Origin: an uncultured Ruminococcus sp. | GTDB taxonomy: Bacteria > Bacillota > Clostridia > Oscillospirales > Ruminococcaceae | Direction of reading: 5' to 3' | Assembly (NCBI GenBank): GCA_964556595.1 | Contig: CAZKXB010000001.1 | Location: 48,214 to 112,213, forward strand | Length of the DNA stretch: 64,000 nucleotides | Part shown: positions 26,090 through 34,983 of the stretch, one piece after another | Layout: every line of letters starts with the position of its first letter | Numbering within the stretch: position 1 is the stretch's first letter | Translations under genes and position numbers: made by a program | The notes under the pieces: generated by a model | Told to the model about the DNA's origin: nothing | Seen by the model: the letters and a program-made list of their open reading frames with translations, nothing else | The model's database searches: none

Positions 26090-27283
26090 TTATGCTTCGG
26101 CGGTTTCTTCGGGTTCTTTGGTTTCCTCTGGCAGCACGGGAGCGGTCTGCACGGGGTTGTCTATCATATTGTTATCCCTGACGTATACCGTTTCCGTATT
26201 TGTAAGGTAGACCGTAACCTGCTCAGTAGCCGTAATCTCGTTTTCTATAAGCGCCTTTGCTATATACATTTTATTTTCAAGCTCGGTCGCTATACCAAGC
26301 TGAAGCGTTATCCTGCCGTCAACCACCGCCTTAATCTCAAAGCGGTCTGTGATATCAATAGAGGTAATGCCCGAAACGCCCGCCTTTTCCGCCGCCGAAA
26401 GCACCTGCGCAGGCAGGTCGGTTTTTCCCTCGACAGTGCTTTTAAGCGCACCGCCCACAACAGGTTCTTCAGCTTCATAGCCGATAACAAGCGGCAGCTT
26501 GTCAGCATTTTCCTGCTCTATAATCTTTCCAAGCCTTGAAACGGTGTAGGTGTCACCGCCGTGCTGAACGGCGTACCACCGCTCCGCTTCGGTAACGGTA
26601 ATGACTATTTTGGTGGGATAGTGCTTTGCAACCTCAACCGCGTCCACAAACGAAAACGCGTTCGCAATGCGGCGCTCTGCCGCACTTTCGTCAATCCTAA
26701 GCAGACTGTCGCCGTCTTTTATGCCAGAGGCGCTGATTATTTCCTCCGCCGTGTATTTCTGTATGCCCTCAACCACTATCGAGCTGCAATTAAACAGCAC
26801 CACGTTTGCAAGGATAATAAACACCACTATTGCCACAACCGCCGCAAAAGCATAGTACAGCACATAGTTTCCGCCGCGCCTGCCGTGCCGCTTTTTGCCC
26901 GCGGGGCGCTTTTTAACCGCCCTGTTGTATGCCCTGCGCTGCTCCCCCGCAATCTCGCGCCGCACCGCCTTGTCGGCGGGGGTTGGTCTTTGGGGGGATT
27001 TTTCTGCGGCGTGAGGATTTTGCGCCATTGCCTCGGCGGCTGGTTTCTTTGCGGATTTCGGCTTTTTGCCGCCGAAAATACCGTATTTCTTGGCGGGCTT
27101 TTGGGCGGGCGCTGCCGACTTAGCGCTTTCGCCCATGGGTCTGCCCGCATTGGCTGCGGGTCTTTTGCCGCCGAAAACGCCCGATTTCTTTACGGGCTTT
27201 TTAGCGGACGCTGCCGCCTTATGCGCGCCGTTATGCTGCGGCGCGGGATTATTTTTTACGTCCTTTTTTTTCACAACGTCCAC
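26090..27283 (-). CDS. divIB: Cell division protein DivIB/FtsQ with long basic N-terminal tail
   Basis: Single TM then POTRA (IVVEG...YTAEEII..SGI..GDSLL); position in the dcw cluster. Confidence 0.88.
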   Translation of the reverse strand: MDVVKKKDVKNNPAPQHNGAHKAAASAKKPVKKSGVFGGKRPAANAGRPMGESAKSAAPAQKPAKKYGIFGGKKPKSAKKPAAEAMAQNPHAAEKSPQRPTPADKAVRREIAGEQRRAYNRAVKKRPAGKKRHGRRGGNYVLYYAFAAVVAIVVFIILANVVLFNCSSIVVEGIQKYTAEEIISASGIKDGDSLLRIDESAAERRIANAFSFVDAVEVAKHYPTKIVITVTEAERWYAVQHGGDTYTVSRLGKIIEQENADKLPLVIGYEAEEPVVGGALKSTVEGKTDLPAQVLSAAEKAGVSGITSIDITDRFEIKAVVDGRITLQLGIATELENKMYIAKALIENEITATEQVTVYLTNTETVYVRDNNMIDNPVQTAPVLPEETKEPEETAEA

Positions 27284-27285
27284 TC

Positions 27286-28551
27286 CTAAATTCTTTTAAT
27301 ATCCGCGCCCAGACGGCGCAGCACCGCGTCAATGCCGTCATAGCCGCGGTCGATATAGCACAGCCCGCCTATTTCGGAGATTCCCTCCGCCGCCAGCGCC
27401 GCCGTTACCAGCGCCGCGCCGCCGCGAAGCTCCGCCGCCATAAGCTTTGCCCCTGTAAGACGCTTTACGCCCTCCACAACGGCTACCCTGCCCTCTGCCT
27501 TAATCTGCGCGCCAAGGCGCACAAGTTCGGGAACGTGCCTGTATCTGCTGTCGAATATTGTTTCCACAAACACCGAAGTTCCCTCTGCCAGAGTACACAC
27601 CGCCATAACAGGCGCCTGAATATCCGTCGGGAAGCCGGGATACGGCACGGTTCTTACAGTCGCAGGGGCTTTAAGTCTGCGCTTTCTGCTGAAATACAGC
27701 TTGCCCTCGCCGTAGGGATAAATGCGGCAGCCCATGCTTTCCATAACGGAAAGAATAGCCGTCATATCCTGCACGCCGCAGCGGGTAAGTATAAGTTCGC
27801 CGCCCGTTGCCGCCGCGCAGCACAGATAAGTCGCCGCCGCAATGCGGTCGGGCATTACGCTGTATTCTGCGGGATAAAGGCTTTGCACGCCCTCTATTAC
27901 AATCACGCTTTCGCCCGCGCCGCTTATCCTTGCGCCGCATTTTGTCAGAAAAGCCGCAAGGTCGCATATTTCAGGCTCGCGCGCAGCGTTGTGTATTCTG
28001 GTTACGCCGTCAGCGCACACCGCGGCAAGCATGATATTCTCGGTTGCCCCCACCGAGGGAAAGGAAAGACTGATATCCGCGCCGTGAAGCCCTTTGTCCG
28101 CACGGCAGTCGAGTATGCCGTACTCCTCCGTTATCACCGCGCCCATTTGCCGCAGTGCGGATAAATGCAGGTCGATAGGGCGTGCGCCAAGCTCACACCC
28201 GCCTGGGAAGCCAAGCCTGCACCTGCCCGCCCTGCCGAGTATTGAGCCGAGGAACATAATAGACGAGCGCATTTCGCGCATAAGGCTCTCAGGAATTTCA
28301 CAGCCGCTTATCGCGGAGCTGTCCGCGCATATCGTGCCGCCGCTTCTTGAAACGCGGCAGCCAAGCCCTGTCAGTATCCTGCACGCCGCGTCAACGTCCG
28401 TAAGCTGCGGGCAGTTATGTAGTATAACCTCGCCATGCACCAGCACCGCCGCCGAAAGCAGCACAAGCACGCTGTTCTTTGCGCCCTGCACCGCAAGTTC
28501 TCCCTCTATAACGCGCCCGCCGTTCACAACAAGCTTTTGACGGTTTTCCAT
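27286..28551 (-). CDS. murA: UDP-N-acetylglucosamine 1-carboxyvinyltransferase
   Basis: GAKNS, PGGCELGARPIDLH (catalytic Cys), PYPGFPTD; start MENRQK. Confidence 0.95.
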   Translation of the reverse strand: MENRQKLVVNGGRVIEGELAVQGAKNSVLVLLSAAVLVHGEVILHNCPQLTDVDAACRILTGLGCRVSRSGGTICADSSAISGCEIPESLMREMRSSIMFLGSILGRAGRCRLGFPGGCELGARPIDLHLSALRQMGAVITEEYGILDCRADKGLHGADISLSFPSVGATENIMLAAVCADGVTRIHNAAREPEICDLAAFLTKCGARISGAGESVIVIEGVQSLYPAEYSVMPDRIAAATYLCCAAATGGELILTRCGVQDMTAILSVMESMGCRIYPYGEGKLYFSRKRRLKAPATVRTVPYPGFPTDIQAPVMAVCTLAEGTSVFVETIFDSRYRHVPELVRLGAQIKAEGRVAVVEGVKRLTGAKLMAAELRGGAALVTAALAAEGISEIGGLCYIDRGYDGIDAVLRRLGADIKRI

Positions 28552-28620
28552 TATATCATCTCCCCAAAGCATAATAAAGGTCATACTGCATATTATGCCC
28601 GAGGAAATATTTTGTTAAAT

Positions 28621-29745
28621 TCAGTCCAACTTCAGCAATTCGGTTATTTCGGCAAGAATTTTATCCGCCGCGTTGTTTTTGGAGGAGCGCTTTGCGTTCT
28701 GTTCCATCTGCGCAAGGCGCTCGCGGTCTGCATAAAGCGCGGAAACCTCCTCCACAAGCCTTGCCTTGGTCAGGTCTTTATCCTCTATAAGCACCGCCGC
28801 GTTTGCGTTGCTAAGCGTAAGCGCGTTGTAGTACTGGTGATTTTCCGCAGCGTTGGGGTACGGCACAAGAATTGCGGGTCTGCCTATGGCGGTAAGCTCC
28901 GTTATGGTCATTGCGCCCGCGCGGCAGATTATAAGGTCTGCGGCGCATATACAGGTGTACATATTGTCAATGTAGTCCTTGAAGATGTGGCGGGATTTAT
29001 CCTCCTGCGCGCCGCTTTCTTCCAGCGCATTGTAGAATTTGTCGTGCCAGTTTCCGCCGTAGGAGTGTATATGATTTATGCCGCCCTTTTGCTGCTCCCA
29101 CGCGATAAGTTCCGCCACCGCTTCCGTTATGCGGTTTGCGCCAAGGCTTCCGCCAAAGGACAGCACCGTAAATCCGTCAGGCAGACCAAGCCGCTTTCTG
29201 GCGGCGCTGCGCTGTTCTATCTCGATATTGCTGCGCAGGGGATTTCCCGTAACAACGCACCTTTCCGTGCTGCTGAGATATTTCATGGCGTCCTCTGTTG
29301 CAAGCAGAACCTTATCCGCCTTTTTCGCAAGCATTCTGGTAGCCATGCCGGGGTAGGAATTGCTTTCGTGGGTAACTGTCTTTATGCCGAGCGACACCGC
29401 CTGCGTAAGCACCGTACCCGTAACATAGCCGCCCGTGCCTATCACGATATCGGGGGCGAAATCCTTAAGGATTTTCCGCGTCTGCTTTTTGGCGGAGATA
29501 AGATAATAGTAAAGCGCCTTGAAATTCTTTCCTATGCTTTTTACGGAAATGCTTCTCTGAAAGCCCGCCATCTCAACGCCCTTGAAATCATAACCCGCCT
29601 TTTTTACAAGCCGCGCTTCAAGCCCTTTCGGCGTGCCGATAAACAGTATCTCCGCTTCGGGAAACACCGACTTAAGCTTATCCGCTATCGCAAGCGCGGG
29701 GTTTATGTGACCCGCAGTTCCTCCTGCGGCGAAAACAATCTTCAT
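28621..29745 (-). CDS. murG: Lipid II GlcNAc transferase
   Basis: GGTAGHINPALA, GGSLGA, RAGAMT..E. Confidence 0.96.
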   Translation of the reverse strand: MKIVFAAGGTAGHINPALAIADKLKSVFPEAEILFIGTPKGLEARLVKKAGYDFKGVEMAGFQRSISVKSIGKNFKALYYYLISAKKQTRKILKDFAPDIVIGTGGYVTGTVLTQAVSLGIKTVTHESNSYPGMATRMLAKKADKVLLATEDAMKYLSSTERCVVTGNPLRSNIEIEQRSAARKRLGLPDGFTVLSFGGSLGANRITEAVAELIAWEQQKGGINHIHSYGGNWHDKFYNALEESGAQEDKSRHIFKDYIDNMYTCICAADLIICRAGAMTITELTAIGRPAILVPYPNAAENHQYYNALTLSNANAAVLIEDKDLTKARLVEEVSALYADRERLAQMEQNAKRSSKNNAADKILAEITELLKLD

Positions 29746-29759
29746 AATCTATACCGTCC

Positions 29760-31085
29760 TTAGTTCAATTTTGCTCTGCGCGATACCGAAAGCAGCAACC
29801 CCACCTCGGCAAGCTGTATAACAAGCGCCGTGCCGCCGTAGCTGAAAAACGGCATGGAAATACCCGTGTTCGGCAGGCAGCAGCAGTTTACGCCAACGTT
29901 GAACAGCGCCTGTATGCCGACCTGCAAGGTAATTCCCGTAGCAAGCAGCATACCGAAGCGATCCTCCGACTTTCTGGCAACGTAAAAGCCTCTGAATACA
30001 AATATCATGAAAAGAATTATAACCAGCGCGCCGCCGATAAGACCAAACTCCTCGCACAGTATGGCGAAAACGAAGTCATTTTCCGCATCGGGAAGATAGT
30101 AGTACTTCTGCGCGGAATTGCCGAAGCCAACGCCCCAAAGTCCGCCCGAACCTATGGCAAGCACCGCCTGATAGGACTGGTACGTCTTGCGGTCGGTATC
30201 CGCAAGCGGGTCAAAGGTGTAGCGCACGCGGTCGGCAAAGTAGGTAAACTCGCTCGCCATAACCACTACCACAAGCAGCGCCACGGCAACGCCGCCCACA
30301 ATTATGACCGTTTTCATATTAACGCCGCCGATAAACAGCATAAATGACGAAATCATCAGCATTATCAGCAGACCCGAAAGGTGCGGCTGCTTCATCATCA
30401 GCCATGTGACAACCACAAGCAGTATGCCCGGCTTCACAAGTCCCGTCATGGTGTAGCGCATTTTTTTGTAGTTTTTGGATATGTAGTACGCAAAGAAGAT
30501 TATCAGCGCGAACTTAAGCACGTCCGACGGCTGAAAGGTTCTGCCAAAAAACGGCAGCCAACGGCGCGGACCATCGGTGATGTTGCTTACGCCGAACGGG
30601 ATTACAAGGAACGTCAGCACAAGTCCCACGGCAAGCGCAATATGTGAGAAAGTAAAGATTCTCTCTTTGCCGAACAGCTTAATCTTAAACTCCTTGCGCA
30701 GCAGGCGGTAATCCACAAAGCTGATTATAAACATCAGCACCAGTCCCACGCCCGCAAAGGTCATCTGGCTTACCGCGTAGCCGTAGCTGTCGCCGTTGTT
30801 GTCGCGGTAGGACAGCGCATGGCTCGCCGAAAACATCATGGTTATGCCAAGCACCAGCAGCGATATCGTGATAATCAGCATAGGCACGTCAATGCTGCCC
30901 TTGCCGTAAAAGAAGCCTATGCGGTTGGGGTCTTTCTCCCTGCGGGGCTTTCTTCTGGGCGCTGCCGATTTTGCCGCAGCGGCAGCCGCAGGTGCTGCGG
31001 CTTTGCCCGCAGGCGCGGGTTTACTTGCCGTTTTCGGCTTTATCGCAGGCTTTGCTGTGCCTTTCTTTAATGTTGAAGCAGCCAT
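29760..31085 (-). CDS. ftsW: SEDS-family PG polymerase FtsW/SpoVE
   Basis: RRWL...FQPSD.LK, QPHLS, AIGSGGLWGVG, DFVFAILCEEFG, MPFFSYGG. Confidence 0.93.
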   Translation of the reverse strand: MAASTLKKGTAKPAIKPKTASKPAPAGKAAAPAAAAAAKSAAPRRKPRREKDPNRIGFFYGKGSIDVPMLIITISLLVLGITMMFSASHALSYRDNNGDSYGYAVSQMTFAGVGLVLMFIISFVDYRLLRKEFKIKLFGKERIFTFSHIALAVGLVLTFLVIPFGVSNITDGPRRWLPFFGRTFQPSDVLKFALIIFFAYYISKNYKKMRYTMTGLVKPGILLVVVTWLMMKQPHLSGLLIMLMISSFMLFIGGVNMKTVIIVGGVAVALLVVVVMASEFTYFADRVRYTFDPLADTDRKTYQSYQAVLAIGSGGLWGVGFGNSAQKYYYLPDAENDFVFAILCEEFGLIGGALVIILFMIFVFRGFYVARKSEDRFGMLLATGITLQVGIQALFNVGVNCCCLPNTGISMPFFSYGGTALVIQLAEVGLLLSVSRRAKLN

Positions 31086-31107
31086 AGTACCTCCTGTTTT
31101 CGGGAAT

Positions 31108-32163
31108 TTACGAGAACATCATAAACGCAAGCGCCACCGCGCCGCCGCCGAATACTGCGGCAGCAAGCGAAAATACAACGTCAATCTTAACCTCGCTCCA
31201 CTTGCTTAATTCAAAGTGATGGTGAATAGGGGTCATTTTGAACAGGCGCTTGCCCTCGGTTGTGTGGTAAATCTTCTTGGTGATTTTGAACACCGTCACC
31301 TGTATAACCACCGACAGCGCCTCAAGGATATACACAAGCGCCGCTATAATCATAAGCACCTCGGCATTGCAGCCTACGCCAAGCGCGCACACCGCGCCGC
31401 CCAGAAACATTGAGCCTGTGTCGCCCATAAATACCTTGGCGGGAGGAAAGTTCCACATAAGAAAGCCGATACAGCCGCCCGCAACGCACATCGCAAGCAG
31501 CGTATGCCCAAACGCTCCCACAACGGACGAAATAACCGCAAACGCCGCCATATACACCACCGTCACCGAGGAGCAAAGTCCGTCTATGCCGTCTGTGAGA
31601 TTAACCGCGTTTACTATATAATAAACCACAACGCCCATAACGGGGTAGTAAAGCAGTCCCATATCAAGCTGCCAGCCCCACGGAAAGCTTATCGCGGTGC
31701 TTGTATCTCCGCTAAGATAAAGCGTTGCAAAATAGGCGGCTATAATCAGCACCTGCAAAACGGTTTTCTGGATAACGGAAAGTCCCTCGTTGCGCTTTTT
31801 CTTCACCTTGATAAAATCGTCCAGAAAGCCCATAAACCCCATCATAAGCGCAAGCATAAAGCCCGCTGAGGAGCGTATAAGTTCCTGAAGCTTCGCGGAT
31901 TCGCCAAGCTCCCCCACAAGCGCGGAGCTGTCAGCAAAGCAGTAAACCGCAATGCCCACGCCAAAGCTTAACAGCGCGGCGGCTATAAACATAATGCCGC
32001 CCATTGTGGGCGTACCCTGCTTTTTCTCCTTGTGCCATTTTGGACCTATGTCAAGAATAGTCTGTCCGTATTTCAGCCTGTGAAGCATGGGAATAAACCA
32101 AATTCCCGCAAGCCATGTTATAAGGAACGCGGCAGCAGCCGCAAATACGTTAATCCACATCAT
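31108..32163 (-). CDS. mraY: Phospho-MurNAc-pentapeptide translocase
   Basis: KQGTPTMGG, NAVNLTDGIDGL, FMGDTGSM, PIHHHFEL. Confidence 0.97.
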   Translation of the reverse strand: MMWINVFAAAAAFLITWLAGIWFIPMLHRLKYGQTILDIGPKWHKEKKQGTPTMGGIMFIAAALLSFGVGIAVYCFADSSALVGELGESAKLQELIRSSAGFMLALMMGFMGFLDDFIKVKKKRNEGLSVIQKTVLQVLIIAAYFATLYLSGDTSTAISFPWGWQLDMGLLYYPVMGVVVYYIVNAVNLTDGIDGLCSSVTVVYMAAFAVISSVVGAFGHTLLAMCVAGGCIGFLMWNFPPAKVFMGDTGSMFLGGAVCALGVGCNAEVLMIIAALVYILEALSVVIQVTVFKITKKIYHTTEGKRLFKMTPIHHHFELSKWSEVKIDVVFSLAAAVFGGGAVALAFMMFS

Positions 32164-32177
32164 AGGGTTTTCCTCTT

Positions 32178-33524
32178 TTATCTGATTTTTTCGGCGATTT
32201 CTTCCATTTTCATGCCGCGGCTGCCCTTAAACAGCAGCACATCTCCCTCGCGCGCGAAAGCGTCAAGGCTTTCGGCAAGGCGCTGTTTATCGTTATCGTG
32301 GAACACGGTAAAGCCGCTTTCCGAAAGCTTTTCGGCGCAGAACGCCATCTGCCCGCCGTAAAGAAAGCAAGCGTCCGCGCTGTCAAGCACATAATCCGCA
32401 ACCTGCTCGTGAAGCTGCTGCGACATTTCGCCAAGCTCCAGCATATCGCCAAGCACAGCTATCCTTCTGCCGCCCGCCTTTGTGCTTTTAAGCACGGAAA
32501 GCGAAGTTTTCATAGACGTGGGGCTTGCGTTGTAGCAGTCCAGTATAAGCGTAAGCCCGCCGCGCTGCACGGTTTTCTGGCGCATTCCTGAAGCCTGATA
32601 GTCCATAAACGCGGGGATAATCTCCTCTGCCGACATTCCGTATACTCTGCCCACGCAGAACGCCGCAAGTGCGTTTAATATGTGGTGTTCCCCGCTTATC
32701 GGGATTTGTGCCGAAAAGCGCTCACCCTGTGCCAAAACCGTGAACTGCTCGCCGTTTTCAAGGTGTACGATATTCTCCGCGCGCACCTCGCAGTCCGCGC
32801 CGAAGCCATAGCGGATAACGCGCCTGTCCGTTATATTGACTGTACGAAGATACTCGTCATCGCCGCAAAGGATAAGCGGGGCGTTCTCCCGCGCGCCGTC
32901 CAGTATCTCAAGCTTTGCCTTAAGAATATTTTCGCGGGTTTTAAGATTTTCTATATGGCAGTAGCCTATGTTGGTTATCACCGCGCAGTCGGGCGCTGCC
33001 GCCTTTGACAGCGCGCTTATCTCGCCAAGGTCGGACATTCCCATCTCGATAACCGCCGCGCCGTAGTCCTCGTTAAGACGGAAAAGAGTTCTGGGCAGCC
33101 CGATATCGTTGTTGAAATTGCCCTCGGTTTTAAGCGTATTGAAGCGCGCGGAAAGCACCGCGTAAATCATATCCTTGGTGGAGGTTTTGCCAACGCTGCC
33201 CGTAACCGCGCAAAGCTTTGCGGAAAACCTGTCCCTGTAATGCCGCGCAAGCTTAAGCTGCGCTATGCGGCTGTCCTCGACAAGGATTATCGGTATGCCG
33301 CAGTCCGCAGCCTGCGCCCTGTCCGAAATCGCCGCAGCCGCACCGTTTTCAGCCGCCTGCGCTATAAAATCGTTGCCGTCAAAATTCTCACCCTTTATTG
33401 CGATATAAAGGTCGCCGCGCTGTATGGTGCGCGTATCGGTAGAAACTCCCCCCACGCGCGCTGCGCCATCGCCTGTTATCCTGCCGCCGACAGCCTGCGC
33501 TATTTCGTTTATGGTAAACATCAA
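32178..33524 (-). CDS. murF: UDP-MurNAc-tripeptide--D-Ala-D-Ala ligase
   Basis: TGSVGKTSTKD, GNFNNDIG, DCYNASP, LGDMLELG, KGSRG. Confidence 0.96.
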   Translation of the reverse strand: MMFTINEIAQAVGGRITGDGAARVGGVSTDTRTIQRGDLYIAIKGENFDGNDFIAQAAENGAAAAISDRAQAADCGIPIILVEDSRIAQLKLARHYRDRFSAKLCAVTGSVGKTSTKDMIYAVLSARFNTLKTEGNFNNDIGLPRTLFRLNEDYGAAVIEMGMSDLGEISALSKAAAPDCAVITNIGYCHIENLKTRENILKAKLEILDGARENAPLILCGDDEYLRTVNITDRRVIRYGFGADCEVRAENIVHLENGEQFTVLAQGERFSAQIPISGEHHILNALAAFCVGRVYGMSAEEIIPAFMDYQASGMRQKTVQRGGLTLILDCYNASPTSMKTSLSVLKSTKAGGRRIAVLGDMLELGEMSQQLHEQVADYVLDSADACFLYGGQMAFCAEKLSESGFTVFHDNDKQRLAESLDAFAREGDVLLFKGSRGMKMEEIAEKIR

Positions 33525-34981
33525 ATCAGTCCTTTTTTCTTAAGATAGCTTTCCACAAGCTCCCTTTCATCGAAATGAACATACTCATCTCCGATTATCT
33601 GGTAATCCTCATGTCCCTTGCCGCACAGCGCCAAAAGGTCGCCCTGTTCAAGCATACCCAAAGCGTGATTTACGGCTTCCGCGCGGTCTATAAACTGAAC
33701 AAACTGCGTTTTTGCAGAAATGCCCTCAGCGACCTGCGAGATTATCTCCTGCGGATTTTCGTGCGCGGGATTGTCCGAGGTGACTATAAGGTAATCACCA
33801 TAACGCGCGCACACCTCGCCCATCATGGGACGCTTGCCGCTGTCGCGCTCCCCCGCCGCGCCAAAAAGAACTATCAGCCTGCCCTTTACAAGGGGTTTCA
33901 GCGTTTGCAGCAGCTTTTCAAGCCCATCGGGAGTGTGCGCATAATCGCGCAGCACGGTAAAATCGCCGCTGTACAGCGTTTCCAACCTGCCGCCAACTCC
34001 GCGCAGGGTTTCCAGCGCCGCAAGGCACTGCCCTAGCGGAACGCCAAGCTCGCTGCACATAACCGCCGCCTGTATGGCATTGCTGACATTGTACAGTCCC
34101 GTCAGCGAAATTCGCACGGGATAGGTTTTCTGCGCCGCGCTGTCGGTAAGGAAAAATTCCGCGCCGTGCGCCGTAAGATTAACCTGCTCCGTATAAAAAT
34201 CCGCCGCGCCGTCTACGCTTGTACTCACGAACGGAATACCGTTTTCGCGGCAGTATTGCGCAGTACGCGCGCCGTATTCATCATCGGTATTTATCACCGC
34301 CGCGCCGCACATATCGAAAAGCGAGCGCTTGGCAAGATAATAATTCTCCATGGTGCCGTGATAATCCAGATGGTCTTGGGTGAGGTTTGTAAACGCGCCC
34401 GCCGCAAAATTCTCCCGTGCAAAGCGGTGCTGCGCAAGCGCCTGCGAGCTTGCCTCCACAAAGCAGTATTCCACGCCGTTTTCCACCATCTGCGCAAAAA
34501 TGGAGTACAGCTTTCGCGGTTCGGGCGTTGTGGGAGGGCCGCCATGGGAATATTCAAGTCCATTGCCCGTATCAACGCCAAGCGTGCCTATCACGCCCAC
34601 ACGCTTGCCCATGGCGCGCATTATTCCCGCGCAGAGGTTCACGGCGGTGGTTTTGCCGTTAGTTCCCGTAACCGCACAAAGCTTAAAGCTGTCAGTGGGA
34701 CAGCCATACCACACCTTAAGCAGTTCGGGATAAAGGCTGCGGGTATCCTCAACCAAAATCTCATTATTCACGCCAAGCCGCCGCTGCGTAACAACAGCCG
34801 CCGCGCCCTTATCAAGCATAGCCTGCGCGTGTGCGTGTCCGTCAAAGCTTTGTCCCTTAACGCACACAAACACAAAGCCGCTTTGCACCTCGCGCGTATC
34901 CGAGGTTACGCCGCGCACCTGTGTATCGGCTATATGCGGGGGAATTTCCGCAAGCGCGCCGAAAAGCTGTGATAAAGTCAT
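33521..34981 (-). CDS. murE: UDP-MurNAc-dipeptide ligase MurE
   Basis: TGTNGKTT, TTPE, DYAHTPDG, TSDNP, GKGHEDYQ. Confidence 0.95.
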   Translation of the reverse strand: MTLSQLFGALAEIPPHIADTQVRGVTSDTREVQSGFVFVCVKGQSFDGHAHAQAMLDKGAAAVVTQRRLGVNNEILVEDTRSLYPELLKVWYGCPTDSFKLCAVTGTNGKTTAVNLCAGIMRAMGKRVGVIGTLGVDTGNGLEYSHGGPPTTPEPRKLYSIFAQMVENGVEYCFVEASSQALAQHRFARENFAAGAFTNLTQDHLDYHGTMENYYLAKRSLFDMCGAAVINTDDEYGARTAQYCRENGIPFVSTSVDGAADFYTEQVNLTAHGAEFFLTDSAAQKTYPVRISLTGLYNVSNAIQAAVMCSELGVPLGQCLAALETLRGVGGRLETLYSGDFTVLRDYAHTPDGLEKLLQTLKPLVKGRLIVLFGAAGERDSGKRPMMGEVCARYGDYLIVTSDNPAHENPQEIISQVAEGISAKTQFVQFIDRAEAVNHALGMLEQGDLLALCGKGHEDYQIIGDEYVHFDERELVESYLKKKGLI

Positions 34982-34983
34982 TG

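Noticed and set aside
28585-28620. Sigma-E promoter for murA (CATAATAT)
   Set aside because: The -10 is plausible but there is no matching -35 at 14-15 nt spacing.
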